DNA from: Candidatus Latescibacterota bacterium | GTDB taxonomy: Bacteria; Latescibacterota; UBA2968; UBA8231 | Length of the DNA: 64,000 bases | Direction: 5' to 3' | Assembly (NCBI GenBank): GCA_965206595.1 | Contig: OZ242214.1 | Span: forward strand, 5,472,001 to 5,536,000 | Shown here: positions 49,832 to 60,603 of the stretch, one piece after another | Numbering within the stretch: position 1 is the first letter of the stretch | Layout: each line of letters starts with the position of its first letter | Program-made: the position numbers and the translations under genes | The notes under the pieces: generated by a model | What the model was told of the DNA's origin: nothing | Databases searched by the model: none | What the model saw: only the letters and a program-made list of their open reading frames with translations

Positions 49832-50881
49832 TTACTGCGCCCTGCCGCGGCCGGCGACCTCCCAGACCTCCTCGACCTCGCCGTTGCGCACCGCGTAAAT
49901 ACGGTTGTGGAGGTTGGTGGTCATGCCGCCGTGCAGCGGGATGAACGACAGCATGTCGCCCACAGCAAATGTATGGGAGGACCCGGCGATGTCTACGTGG
50001 CCGTGCTCCACCGACATCCCCTTGAAGGCGATTTCCGGGTGCTCGATGCAGTAGCCGTACGGGGTCGGCGGGTAGCTGGTGAACACCTTCATCCCGGCAT
50101 CGACGATGATCTGGCCGCGAACCGAGGTGCTCACAACCGTCACCACCATGCGCAGGGGACAGCGCACCGGATCGAGGTCCTCCCGTTTTCCCACCCGCGT
50201 CATGCCCTCGTACGCGTACGAGCCGATGCGCGTCTCCGTGCAGCCGAGCGACTTCGATATCTCCTCGCTGCCGGTGCCGCCGCCGCTGACGATCTCCAGG
50301 GGCAGCCCCGCGGCCGAGGTCAGGGATCTCACCTCATCGAGGAACGGTCTCGCCCGCTCGCTGCTCGGATAGGTCATGACGCCGCAGAAACGCAGTCCGG
50401 GCAGCCGCTCGATGGTCCGGGAGAGGGCGAGGGTCTCCGCGGGGGACTGCACCCCGACGCGCCCGCCGCCGGTGTCCATTTCGATGACGACGCGGAAGCT
50501 GCAGCCGTGGCGCGCAGCCTGCGCCGACAGGCCTTCCACCGTGGCTGCCGAATCGGCCGCCACCGTTATGGTCGCTGTTCCCGACCGCACCAGGCGGGAC
50601 AGGCGCTCGAGCTTCGGCCTGCCGACGATGTTGTAGGGAATGAGGATGTCCTCGATGCCGGCGGCCGCCATCGCCTCGGCCTCCCCCAGCTTCTGGCTGA
50701 CGATGCCGATCGCCCCGGCAGCCACCTGCCGGTGGGCGATCGCCGGGGTCTTGTGGGTCTTGGTGTGTACGCGCAGGGCGATGCCGAGCCGGTCGCACGC
50801 CTGCTGCAGCTGGGCGATGTTGCGTTCGAGGCCGTCGAGGTCGACGGTCAGGACCGGGGTGTCGAGGTCGGAAACACGCAC
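49832..50881 (-). CDS. PLP-dependent D-threonine aldolase/DSD1-like (alanine racemase fold) enzyme
   Basis: LDTPVLTVD, LRVHTKTHK, SGGGT, ETRIGSY and SVEHG. Confidence 0.88.
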   Translation of the reverse strand: MRVSDLDTPVLTVDLDGLERNIAQLQQACDRLGIALRVHTKTHKTPAIAHRQVAAGAIGIVSQKLGEAEAMAAAGIEDILIPYNIVGRPKLERLSRLVRSGTATITVAADSAATVEGLSAQAARHGCSFRVVIEMDTGGGRVGVQSPAETLALSRTIERLPGLRFCGVMTYPSSERARPFLDEVRSLTSAAGLPLEIVSGGGTGSEEISKSLGCTETRIGSYAYEGMTRVGKREDLDPVRCPLRMVVTVVSTSVRGQIIVDAGMKVFTSYPPTPYGYCIEHPEIAFKGMSVEHGHVDIAGSSHTFAVGDMLSFIPLHGGMTTNLHNRIYAVRNGEVEEVWEVAGRGRAQ

Positions 50882-50899
50882 GAAAAAAGCTCCTTCCGT

Positions 50900-51982
50900 T
50901 TACGGGGAATTGCCGGCGAAGATCCCGGCGTACTCGCGGGCGCTGTTGTCCCATCCGTACTCGCGCAGCACGTACTGCCTGGCCTCGCTACCCAGCTCGG
51001 CGCGCCGGGATTCGGCGAGCGAAAAGAACTCGTGAATGCGGGCGGCGAAGGCGGCGTAGTCGCCTGCGGGGACGAGCCAGCCTCCCTTGCGGATGCTCTC
51101 GACCAGGGCGTCGACGGCGAAGGCGACTACGGGTGTTCCCGCATGCATGCTCTCCAGCGGGGTGATGCCGTAGCCCTCGACGTCGTCGGCCCTCGATACG
51201 TTCGGCATCACGAAGAGACCGGCGCTGCGCCGCAGCATGGCGGCGTCGTCGTCGTCCGGGGCGTCGACGAGTACGATGCGGGAAGCGATCTCGGGGCGGG
51301 ATGCAAACTCGCGCAGCCGCGGCATGTCGGGGCCGGCGCCGGCGATGACGAGGCGGATGTCCCGATCCAGTAGCGGAAGCCCCTGCTCGACGAAGGGGAC
51401 CATCCCCTTGCGGCGAACCTGCCGGCCGATGTTCAGCAGCACTTTCTCCGCATCGAACCGCACTCCGTAGCGCTCCTCGAATTCGCGCCGCAGCTGCGCG
51501 CAGCGCTCCGCCGAGGGTTCGGCAGGCTCGACCCCGACGTAGACGACCTGCAGCCGCTCCGCGGGCAGGCCCCAACCCAAGGCGAGACTCCGCGTGTGCT
51601 CGCTGATGAGGACGATCCGCTCGCAGCAGCGGCAGCCCCGTTTCATCAGCCCCCGGGCCAACGCGCTCCGGTAGGTCATTTCCAGGCCGTAGACGGTGAC
51701 GACGAAGCGGGCCCTGCCCTTGAACGGGTGCAGCAGCGGGGCCAGGGCGCAGACCACCCCGTCGGCGAAGTACACGGCATCGGCGCGGCGCAGGAGGAGG
51801 GAGGCCAGGGTGCGAACCGCGACCCAGGGAAGGAACCAGGCAAGATGCAGCAGCGAGTCCCTGCCGAGCGCTACCAGGGTGACGGGGTACTGCCGGCTGA
51901 GCCGGCTGAAGAGCTTGTGACAGTGGGTCTGAATGCCGCCTACCGAAGGCGGGTAACGGCGCGCCAGGAACAGCAGGCGCAT
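50900..51982 (-). CDS. Glycosyltransferase family 4
   Basis: YPPSVGGIQ, IGRQVRRKG and EGYGITPLES. Start set at ATG 51982. Confidence 0.9.
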   Translation of the reverse strand: MRLLFLARRYPPSVGGIQTHCHKLFSRLSRQYPVTLVALGRDSLLHLAWFLPWVAVRTLASLLLRRADAVYFADGVVCALAPLLHPFKGRARFVVTVYGLEMTYRSALARGLMKRGCRCCERIVLISEHTRSLALGWGLPAERLQVVYVGVEPAEPSAERCAQLRREFEERYGVRFDAEKVLLNIGRQVRRKGMVPFVEQGLPLLDRDIRLVIAGAGPDMPRLREFASRPEIASRIVLVDAPDDDDAAMLRRSAGLFVMPNVSRADDVEGYGITPLESMHAGTPVVAFAVDALVESIRKGGWLVPAGDYAAFAARIHEFFSLAESRRAELGSEARQYVLREYGWDNSAREYAGIFAGNSP

Positions 51983-52207
51983 CCGGTCTTCAGGGTCGTC
52001 TGCGGCCGGCATCGGCTCGAGGCAGGGTTCGAATCGGAAGGGGTGAGGGGTGGCGACCGGCGAAATATACGTCGCGCAAAAAACGGGCGTAAGCACCGGG
52101 ACGAGGAGCTTGACCCGGCTTCGCGGTCAGGTCGAGTTTCAACTCCGGTCCCGGCCCTGCCAGGAATCCCTGCCGACCGCCTCCCCCAACAACAGCAACA
52201 TGGGTTC

Positions 52208-52876
52208 ATGGATTTCAAGGTGTTTGCAGCCGAAGTCTTCGGCACCTTTCTCCTCATCTTCATCGGCGCCGGAGCGGTCGCCGTCGGGGTCGGCGGACTG
52301 ATCGGGGCCGCCTTTGCCCACGGTTTCGTCGTGATCGCCTACCCATACGGGTACGGCTCCCTGAGCGGCAGCCACCTCAACCCGGCGGTCAGCTTCGGGC
52401 GCTTCGTCGCGGGCGAAATGAAGCCGGGGAAGATGGCCGCGTACTGGGTTGCCCAGGCGGCCGGCGGCATCGCCGGGGCGGCGCTGCTCTACTTCCTGCT
52501 CGGTGCGGAGTCTTCACTCGGCGCCACCGTCCTGGACGAGGGTGTCTCGACCGGGCAGGGGCTGATCCTCGAAGCGGTTCTGACCTTCATTCTGGTCAAC
52601 GCCATTCTCGCTGTCCCCGCCAGCGGCAAAGCGGGGAACCTGGCGCCGATCGTCGTCGGCTTCACCCTCATCTTCTGCATCCTGATGGGGGGACCGCTGA
52701 CGGGGGCTTCCCTGAATCCGGCGCGCACCCTGGGACCGGCGCTGTTCACGGATACCCTGAGCCTTTTCTGGATCTACTTCTCCGGCACCTTCGCCGGGGC
52801 CGCGGCGGCGGGGCTGCTTCACCGGGTTACACGAACCCGTAGCCCGGCCGGAGCAGGAGTGGGCAGCTTCTTTTGA
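52208..52876 (+). CDS. Aquaporin / MIP family channel
   Basis: AEVFGTF and two NPA boxes (SHLNPAVS, ASLNPART). ATG 52208. Confidence 0.93.
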   Translation: MDFKVFAAEVFGTFLLIFIGAGAVAVGVGGLIGAAFAHGFVVIAYPYGYGSLSGSHLNPAVSFGRFVAGEMKPGKMAAYWVAQAAGGIAGAALLYFLLGAESSLGATVLDEGVSTGQGLILEAVLTFILVNAILAVPASGKAGNLAPIVVGFTLIFCILMGGPLTGASLNPARTLGPALFTDTLSLFWIYFSGTFAGAAAAGLLHRVTRTRSPAGAGVGSFF

Positions 52877-52891
52877 CGGAAAGCGACGAAG

Positions 52892-53308
<417 letters not shown>

Positions 53309-53431
53309 CCGCCCCCGGGGTCTCGCTACCTTAGCAGCCCGTTGAGAACTTGGCCCGCAGAGCCATTCCCACGGGCTGTCAGCGCGGCAGCTCCACTTTT
53401 TCAACCTCCCTCCCACATCGCAGGAGTCAGC

Positions 53432-54457
53432 ATGACGCTCGCAATAGGATTGATAGGCGCCGGGGCGAACACCAGGCTCAAGCATATCCCCGGATTCCAG
53501 GAGATAGACGGGGTCGAGGTGGTCGCCGTCTGCAACCGCAGCCGTGAATCGGCGCGGAAGGTTGCCGCCGACTTCGGCATCCCCCACGTCGTGGAGGACT
53601 GGAAGGAGCTGGTTCACCGCGACGACGTCGATGCCGTATGCGTCGGCACCTGGCCGTACGTGCACTGCGAGGTCGCCCTCGAGGCGCTGAGAGCGGGCAA
53701 GCACCTACTCACCGAGGCGCGCATGGCGATGGATCTCGAGGAAGCCAGGCGGATGTACGCGGCTTCCCAGGCCTCGGACAAGGTCGCCATGATCGTCCCC
53801 GGGCAGATTCACCCCGAGTCGGAGGCGACGACGCTGGAGATGATCGCCGAAGGCTGCTTCGGCGACTGGCTCGAGATCCGGGTCAGCTCCCTGGGCGGGG
53901 GCTACGACCCGCAAGCGCCGCTGCACTGGCGCCAGCGCCGCGTCCTGTCGGGCAACAACATCATGGCCATGGGGATCTTCAACGAGAACGTGCACCGCTA
54001 CGCCGGATTCGAGAAGTCCCTCGTCGCCCACGCGGCGTCGTTCACGACCAGGCGGTTGAACGAGGAGACCGGCGAGATGGAGGACGCCGACGTTCCCGAG
54101 TCGATCGGCATCGTCGCCGAAATGGAGTCGGGGGCCACCGCGGTCTACCACCTCTCCAACGTGGCGCGGCTCGGAGGCAGCGGCGCCGAGTTCGAGCTGC
54201 ACGGGACCAAGGGGGCCTTCAAGTTGGAGGAGGGCACCGCCTGGGTGGCGGGAGAGGGGGACAGCGAGTTCCGCAGGCTGGAGATCCCGCCCGAAAAGCG
54301 GGGCGAGTGGCGCGTCGAGAGGGAGTTCGTCGACGCCATTCGCGAAGGCGCCCCGGTGACCCACACCAACTTCGGCGACGGCGTGAGGTACATGGAGTTC
54401 ACCGAGGCGGTCCACATCAGCCTCCGGGAGGGCCGGCGCGCCGACTTTCCGCTGTAG
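53432..54457 (+). CDS. Gfo/Idh/MocA family oxidoreductase
   Basis: IGLIGAGANT, VAVCNRS and GKHLLTEARMA; AGGAG RBS before ATG 53432. Confidence 0.9.
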   Translation: MTLAIGLIGAGANTRLKHIPGFQEIDGVEVVAVCNRSRESARKVAADFGIPHVVEDWKELVHRDDVDAVCVGTWPYVHCEVALEALRAGKHLLTEARMAMDLEEARRMYAASQASDKVAMIVPGQIHPESEATTLEMIAEGCFGDWLEIRVSSLGGGYDPQAPLHWRQRRVLSGNNIMAMGIFNENVHRYAGFEKSLVAHAASFTTRRLNEETGEMEDADVPESIGIVAEMESGATAVYHLSNVARLGGSGAEFELHGTKGAFKLEEGTAWVAGEGDSEFRRLEIPPEKRGEWRVEREFVDAIREGAPVTHTNFGDGVRYMEFTEAVHISLREGRRADFPL

Positions 54458-54540
54458 GGGATTTCCCTCGGCCGGCCGGTCGTTCCCGGCAGCGACAAGG
54501 ACCGCGAGCCCGGGCAGGTGGTCTCGAGGGCCGGGACAGT

Positions 54541-54577
54541 AAAAGCCGCTCCCTCATCTGGAAAAGGGGCGGCTTTT
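54541..54577. terminator. Probable bidirectional rho-independent terminator
   Basis: AAAAGCCGC...GCGGCTTTT inverted repeat with A/T tails, lying between convergent genes. Confidence 0.7.
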
Positions 54578-54686
54578 CTGTATCAGATTTCCGGAACGTT
54601 GCGGCCTGTCCGACGGGGGAGATCCGGGCCCATCTCCAGGCGCGCCAGCTGGGAGCCGGACCTTCCCGGCGCCTGCGAGTCGTACC

Positions 54687-56111
54687 TCAGGGCCGGTCCC
54701 ACGGCAGCGAGTAGGTCTTGACCCAGGTCATCGCCTTCATCGTTTCGAGCACCCCTTCCTTGTATCCCAGCCCCGATGACTTGATGCCGCCGAACGGAGT
54801 GGTCTCGAGGCGGTAGCTCGGCGCCTCGTTTACGTTCACCGTTCCCGCTTCGAGCTCTCCGATCACCCGCTGAATCGAGGGCCAGTGATCGCTGACCACG
54901 CCCGAGGACAGTCCGTAGGGGGTGTCGTTGCCGATGCGGACCGCCTCGTCGAGGGAGGAGACGCGGATGATCGGGGCCACTGGGCCGAAGGTCTCCCGCG
55001 CCCCCAGCTCGCACGCGGGATCGACCCGGTCGAGGGCGGTCGGGAAATAGAGCGCGCCTTCCCGCCGGTGGCCTGCCAGCAGCTCGGCGCCGCGGCCGAG
55101 GCAGTCCTCCACCCGCGCCTCGATGCCGCGGGCGGCTTCTTCGGAAATCACCGTGCCGACATCGGTTTCCTCCTCATACGGATCGCCGCAGCTCAGGCGC
55201 GAAACCGCCTCGGCCAGGGCCGCGGAAAAGCGGTCGGCAATCCCCTCGTCGACGAGGATGCGGCGGATCGCCGTGCAGCGCTGCCCGCTGTTTTTGAAGA
55301 TGCCGGCGACGGCGATTCCAGCCGCGGTTTCAGGGTCGGCATCGGCGAGCACGAGCAGCGGTGAGCTGCCGCCCAGCTCGAGCACCAGCCGCTTGTACCC
55401 GGCGAGGGCGGCGATGCGGCGGCCGGTGGCGCTGCTGCCGGTGAAGGTCACCATGTCGACGAGGTCGTGGGCGACCAGGCGCTCCGCCACCCCGCTGACC
55501 GGGCCGTTGAAGACCGCCAGGGACTGCGGCGGCAGCCCGCACTCGAACGCCAGCTCGGCCAGGTAGTAGGCCGACAGCGGCGTTTTCTCCGACGGCTTCA
55601 GCAGCACCGTGTTATTGGTCGCGATCGCCGGCGCGATCTTGTGGGCGACCTGGTTCATCGGATGGTTGAACGGGGTGACCGCAGCGATCGCGCGGAATGG
55701 GTAGCGGGAAGTGTAGATACGACGCGGGCGCCCTTGGGCGGAGACGTCGCACGGAAACACCTCGGAATCGTCCTGGAGCGCCGCCATCGCCGAGAAACGC
55801 AGCACCTCGCAGACCCGCAGCGCTTCGTAGCGGGTGTCCTTCAGGGACAGCCCGGACTCGTCCGTTATCATGCGGCTGATCACATCGCTGCGCTCTTCGA
55901 CAGCGGCCGCCATCCGCATCAGAACGTCGCTGCGCTCTCGCCTGCTCAGGCGCACCTCGGCGGCGTGGACCTGCTCGACGATGGCGTCGACGCGCCCGGG
56001 ATCGAGAGAGGCGACTCTTCCGACCTGCTCCGAGGTATACGGGTTGCGTACGTCGATCCACTCGCGGCCCGGTTGCTGCTGCCCGCCGATGATGCTGCCG
56101 TATTCACGCAT
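54687..56111 (-). CDS. phnY: Phosphonoacetaldehyde dehydrogenase
   Basis: ALDH motifs TPFNHP.NQVAHK, KPSEKTP, FTGS, LELGG, NSGQRCTA and ETFGP; C-terminal KTYSLPW; adjacent to phnA. Confidence 0.88.
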   Translation of the reverse strand: MREYGSIIGGQQQPGREWIDVRNPYTSEQVGRVASLDPGRVDAIVEQVHAAEVRLSRRERSDVLMRMAAAVEERSDVISRMITDESGLSLKDTRYEALRVCEVLRFSAMAALQDDSEVFPCDVSAQGRPRRIYTSRYPFRAIAAVTPFNHPMNQVAHKIAPAIATNNTVLLKPSEKTPLSAYYLAELAFECGLPPQSLAVFNGPVSGVAERLVAHDLVDMVTFTGSSATGRRIAALAGYKRLVLELGGSSPLLVLADADPETAAGIAVAGIFKNSGQRCTAIRRILVDEGIADRFSAALAEAVSRLSCGDPYEEETDVGTVISEEAARGIEARVEDCLGRGAELLAGHRREGALYFPTALDRVDPACELGARETFGPVAPIIRVSSLDEAVRIGNDTPYGLSSGVVSDHWPSIQRVIGELEAGTVNVNEAPSYRLETTPFGGIKSSGLGYKEGVLETMKAMTWVKTYSLPWDRP

Positions 56112-56388
56112 GGGTTCTACCCCGGAAAAGCCCGCCGCGGGGCAGGTCCCGCGCTCCGACCACGGGGTCTGCGGGTCCTCTTTTCGACGGGTCCCTGGTC
56201 TCGCCTGGAATGGCGGCGTTGCCAATGGGTTGACAGCGGCAGTCCCGCGAAAAGCCAGGACGCCCCTCGCCGGGACACCTCGGGCTGCTTGAGGGGCACG
56301 CCCGCCAAATGCCGCCCGTAGGGTCCATCCCGCTCCTTGCAGGCCAGATGCCTCTGCCCCTTCGATTTTGCAAGCTCATGGGGCGGAG

Positions 56389-57603
56389 CTAGTCCTCGAC
56401 ACCGTTACAGAGGGCGTCGAAGAGGTCGAAGTTGCGCATCCGGTTGCCGGCGAGGCGCTCGCGGTAGCGGCTCTTCAGAGGGCGGTTGACAATGAATGGA
56501 ACGGTCGCTTCGTGCAGCCCTCCGTGCGACCGGAGCCCCGTCCCGACGCTGGACAAATCGTGCCACTCCGGGGTCTTGCCGAGCACGGTGCCGCGGTCCG
56601 CCAGCAGCACGAGATCGCCGATGAGGTCGGGGGGCAGCGCGAACTCCGCGGCTGCCTCCTGTTTCGCCAGCACCCGCTCGACTCCCGGCACCTGCTCGAG
56701 CAGCGCGCGCGCGCGGGGGAGGTCCGCGGCCCCGAGATAAACCGTCGCGTACGACCCCAGGGCGCCGTGGTGGACGACGTAGGGGTCGGTGACCGGCAGG
56801 ATTACCCGCGCCTCGATTCCGGCGGCTTCGAGAAGGCTCCCGAGGTATTGCACGTTCGGCGAGCCGTCGGCCCTGGTCTTGTCGTTCATGCCGTGGTCCG
56901 CGGTGATGCCGACGATGGCGCCGCAGTCGTGCAGCTCCCCGAGGAAGACGTCGAGCCGTCCGTAGAAATCGGCCGCCGCGGGCGCCCCCGGCACGAACTT
57001 GTGCTGCACGAAGTCCGTCGTCGACAGGTACATCAGGTCGATTTCCCCCCGCTGCAGCAGGCGCGCGCCCGCTTCGAGGCAGAAGACGCTCGCCTCGGGA
57101 TCGTAGATGCCGGGGTTTTCGCGCCCCACCAGACCGAGGACGTCGCCGATGCCGTTTTCCTCCTCGGTGACCGCTTCGGCGCACTCGACCGAGAAGCTGA
57201 TTCCGCGCAGGTCGTGGCCGAGAAAACGACGCAGCTTCTCCTTGGTGGTGATCGCCGCCACCCTGGCGCCCGCCTCGCTGAACGCCGCCGTAATGGTCTG
57301 GGCTCGCAGGTCCTGCGGGTCGTCCATCATGACCTCGCGTCCGCTGGCCTCGTCGTAGTAGTAGTTGCCGCAGATGCCGTTGACGTCCGGGGTCGTTCCG
57401 GTGAGGATGGCGACGTTGTTAGGGTTGGTGTAGGAGGGAATGACCGCCTGCGCCAGGCCGGAGCAGCCGGCAGCGGTCAGCTCCTGCAGGTTCGGCATGG
57501 AAGCCGCGGCGGCCTCGAGGTATGTCGGGTCGCAGCCGTCGATGCAGATGCCGACGACCGGCGCTGCCGGCAGATTGTAGTCGCGGCCGTTTACTGTGGG
57601 CAT
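56389..57603 (-). CDS. phnA: Phosphonoacetate hydrolase
   Basis: VNGRDY, ICIDGC, PSYTNPNN, STTDFVQHK, TADHGMN and LRSHGG. Confidence 0.93.
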   Translation of the reverse strand: MPTVNGRDYNLPAAPVVGICIDGCDPTYLEAAAASMPNLQELTAAGCSGLAQAVIPSYTNPNNVAILTGTTPDVNGICGNYYYDEASGREVMMDDPQDLRAQTITAAFSEAGARVAAITTKEKLRRFLGHDLRGISFSVECAEAVTEEENGIGDVLGLVGRENPGIYDPEASVFCLEAGARLLQRGEIDLMYLSTTDFVQHKFVPGAPAAADFYGRLDVFLGELHDCGAIVGITADHGMNDKTRADGSPNVQYLGSLLEAAGIEARVILPVTDPYVVHHGALGSYATVYLGAADLPRARALLEQVPGVERVLAKQEAAAEFALPPDLIGDLVLLADRGTVLGKTPEWHDLSSVGTGLRSHGGLHEATVPFIVNRPLKSRYRERLAGNRMRNFDLFDALCNGVED

Positions 57604-57604
57604 T

Positions 57605-58672
57605 TCAGCACTCCTCGGCGCGCACCGCGATCCGGTGCCAGGCCCGGGATTCCGCCGCGGCAAACGCTTCATCGAGCCGCGACAGCGGATAGGGGGAGGG
57701 GTCGACGAGCCGCTCGTACGGATGGGTGGCAGCGGTCGCTTCGAGGAACCGCAGCGCTTCATGGAGATGGCGGGGGCTGTAGTTGTGGACGCCGCGCAGG
57801 GTCAGGCACTTGCGGATGATCTGCTCCCCGGTCAGCTGCAGGGCGCTGCGCGGGTGCACCATGCCGGCGAGAAGCAGCCATCCCCCGGTGCGCACGAGGT
57901 CAACGCCTTCCGGCAGAAGCGAGGGGTCGCCCGCGGCCTCGATGACGGCGTCGGGGCCGTGCGGGCAGCGGTCGCGGACTGTGGCCTCTCTCTCCTCCGG
58001 GTCCGCCCCGAGAGGGGTGGCGCCGAAGGATGGGGCCAGCGCCAGTCGACCGGGGTCGGCGTCGAAGCAGAACAGGTGGCGGACGCCGCGCTGCCGCAGC
58101 AGGGCGCACAGGTACAGACCGAGGAGGCCGGCCCCTTGGACGACGGCGCTTTCGCAGGACCCGGGCAGCTGCGAAACGACGTTCACCGCGGTTGCCAGGA
58201 CGCAGTTGGCCGGCGCCACCGCGGCGTCGCTGAGCGATCCCGGCACCGCTGCTACCTCGGTGCCCGGGCGCAGCAGGATGTGGGAGGCGTAGCAGCCGCT
58301 CGCGCTCCCCTCGGCGAGCGAGGCGTGCCCGTACTTGAACAGGGATTCGCACTTCTCGGGCAGTCCGTACCCGGTGCAGAAGGCGCAGGAGCCGCAGCGG
58401 TCGACCAGGGACCAGGTCACGCGCGTCCCGGCCTCGAGGTCCCGGCCGCGCCCGGAGGCGGCGACCGTGCCGACCCCTTCGTGCCCGAGCACCGCCGGGA
58501 CCGGCTGGGAGCGGATGCCGCGCACAGTGTGCAGGTCGGAGCCGCAGATGGTCGCGAGATCGAGCCGCACCATGACCTCGCCCGCGGCCGGTTCCGGCAA
58601 CTGCAGGCGGCGCAGCTCGAAGCCGGTCCCCGGTCCGTGGAACACCTGCATCACAGCTTCAGTCGAAGGCAC
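57605..58672 (-). CDS. Zinc-dependent alcohol dehydrogenase (phosphonate-catabolism-associated, HpnZ-like)
   Basis: ATICGSDLHT, LGHEG, CGSCAFC...PEKC..LFKYGH, PANCVLAT and LRGVHNY; 1 bp upstream of phnA. Confidence 0.88.
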   Translation of the reverse strand: MPSTEAVMQVFHGPGTGFELRRLQLPEPAAGEVMVRLDLATICGSDLHTVRGIRSQPVPAVLGHEGVGTVAASGRGRDLEAGTRVTWSLVDRCGSCAFCTGYGLPEKCESLFKYGHASLAEGSASGCYASHILLRPGTEVAAVPGSLSDAAVAPANCVLATAVNVVSQLPGSCESAVVQGAGLLGLYLCALLRQRGVRHLFCFDADPGRLALAPSFGATPLGADPEEREATVRDRCPHGPDAVIEAAGDPSLLPEGVDLVRTGGWLLLAGMVHPRSALQLTGEQIIRKCLTLRGVHNYSPRHLHEALRFLEATAATHPYERLVDPSPYPLSRLDEAFAAAESRAWHRIAVRAEEC

Positions 58673-58884
58673 GGTCAGGGGCCCCTTTGCTGGATTCCGG
58701 GTTTCCGGCTGCCTCCGGCGCGGATGGGGAAGCGCCGGTTACGGCTTGCGCCAGTCCTCCGCGGCCGGCTGCGGCCCTGGATCGGAGATGTGCACGATTG
58801 TCTCGATGCCGCTCACCAGGCGATCGGTGGCGCTGCCGTGCCGGCTGCCGGCGTTGGTAACCAGGACCTTCAACGGGGCGGACA

Positions 58885-60366
58885 CTACAGGATCTGCTGG
58901 TCGATGTTCATCGGCACCATGTCGTGGATGTCGCTGTCGTCGAGAGCGGTCGGGGACTGCATCTCGACCTGCGCCGACCGGTGCAACTCGCGAATGGAGC
59001 GGCAGCCCGCGGTGGCCAGGGTCGAGCGCAGGATCTGCAGCACCAGGGGAAGCTTCTCGTAGATCGAGCCTAGGTGGGGGACGTACCCGGTGATTCCCTC
59101 TTCGAAGAAGAGGTCCCGCAGCTGCGCGTAGCGCCGGTGATTGCGCGCCTTGCTGCTGCCCTCCATCCAGTACTCCTTGACTATCTCGCCGCCGGCGTTG
59201 CGGACCAGGTTGCCCGCGCTTTCGGTGTAGCGGGCGAAGAAGTTGCCCATCATCAGCGCGTCCGCTCCCAGCGCCAGCGCCACCGACATCTCCGCGGGGC
59301 CGCTGATGCCGCCGTCGGCGATCAGCGGAATGTAGCGTCCTTCCTTTTCGAACAGGGCGTCGCGCACCGGGGCGATGTCCATCAGCGTCGTGGCCTGCCC
59401 GCGGCCGGTCGCCTTGACCTCCATCGTCGTGCATCCCGAGCCGATCCCCATCCCGACCTTGACGGCGTCGGCCCCGGCGCCGACGAGAAACTCGAACCCC
59501 TTGGCGGTGATCACGTTGCCGGCGATCACCGGGACGTCGTAGCTGCTTTTGATCCACTCGAGCATCTGGCGCTGGAAATGCGTGTGCCCGTCCGAGGCGT
59601 CGATGACGAGGGCGTCGACCTCGCGCTCGACGAGACTCTGCACCCGCTCCCGGTCCTCGGGGTGGGTGGAGACCGCGGCCCCGACGAGCAGGCGTTTCTT
59701 GCTGTCGATCGACTCGTTGGGGTGCTCGAGGTGCTTGTCGAGGTCCTTCTTGAAGACCACGGACTGCAGGATGCCGTCGTTGTCGATGATCGGCAGGAAG
59801 CCGCGGCCGTACTCGATCATCAGCTCATTCGCTTCCTTGAGGTCGGCGATGTCCACCCCTGCCTGGACGTCCCGGCGCATCCGCTCCCCCACGGTGCAGG
59901 CGTGGTCGCCGCGCACGTCGAAGTCCTTGTCCGTGATGATGCCGAGGAGGCGGCCGTGAAAGGCGCCGCTGTCCGTTACGGGAAAGGTCGAGTACCCGGT
60001 GTCCCGGATGATCTCGATGACGTCGGCTATCACGTGCCGGGGGGACAAGGTCATGATGTTGGTCTGAAAGCCGGCCTTGAAGCGCTTGACCACGTCGATC
60101 TTTCCGCTCTGCTCCTCCATCGTCTGGCTCACCGGCAGGATGCCGATGCCGCCGAGCTGCGAGATCGCGATCGCCATCTCGGCGCCGGTCACGGCCTGCA
60201 TGGCGGCGCTGAGGAACGGCGTCTTCAGCTTGAGGAAGCCGTCGTCGCGGGCGCACAGGCGCGTTCCGAGATCGACGTTGAGGGCATTGCCGTCCGGCGG
60301 CGTGTACCCGGGCAGTATGCGGAACTCTCTGAGGCTGTGGGAGGGGCGGTTGAGAATCTGCGCCAT
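58885..60366 (-). CDS. guaB: IMP dehydrogenase with CBS domains
   Basis: FLSAAMQAVT, CBS pair, DASDGH, AGNV, KVGMGIGSGCTT, IADGG and KEYWMEGS. Confidence 0.93.
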   Translation of the reverse strand: MAQILNRPSHSLREFRILPGYTPPDGNALNVDLGTRLCARDDGFLKLKTPFLSAAMQAVTGAEMAIAISQLGGIGILPVSQTMEEQSGKIDVVKRFKAGFQTNIMTLSPRHVIADVIEIIRDTGYSTFPVTDSGAFHGRLLGIITDKDFDVRGDHACTVGERMRRDVQAGVDIADLKEANELMIEYGRGFLPIIDNDGILQSVVFKKDLDKHLEHPNESIDSKKRLLVGAAVSTHPEDRERVQSLVEREVDALVIDASDGHTHFQRQMLEWIKSSYDVPVIAGNVITAKGFEFLVGAGADAVKVGMGIGSGCTTMEVKATGRGQATTLMDIAPVRDALFEKEGRYIPLIADGGISGPAEMSVALALGADALMMGNFFARYTESAGNLVRNAGGEIVKEYWMEGSSKARNHRRYAQLRDLFFEEGITGYVPHLGSIYEKLPLVLQILRSTLATAGCRSIRELHRSAQVEMQSPTALDDSDIHDMVPMNIDQQIL

Positions 60367-60603
60367 CGGCGGCCTCTCGGTGGTGGACGCGCGGGGGCGT
60401 GCGGTGGGGCGGGATGGCGGACCCGAAAGCGGCTCCGCGACAACAGGTAAGGGGCAGAAAATAGAGGGGGGAACCGCTTTGTTCAAATGGGGTTCCGCCG
60501 TTATGTTCTGAAAGACAACGGCTCGAGGCGCGCTGGCGGATCGCGACTTTCCGAGGATCCTTTCAGTCGCCGCAGAGTCGTACTCGAGAAGGAGGAAAAG
60601 CGA

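Noticed and set aside
51596-52207. Long N-terminal extension of the aquaporin ORF
   Set aside because: It is antisense to the glycosyltransferase; the MIP domain begins at ATG 52208.
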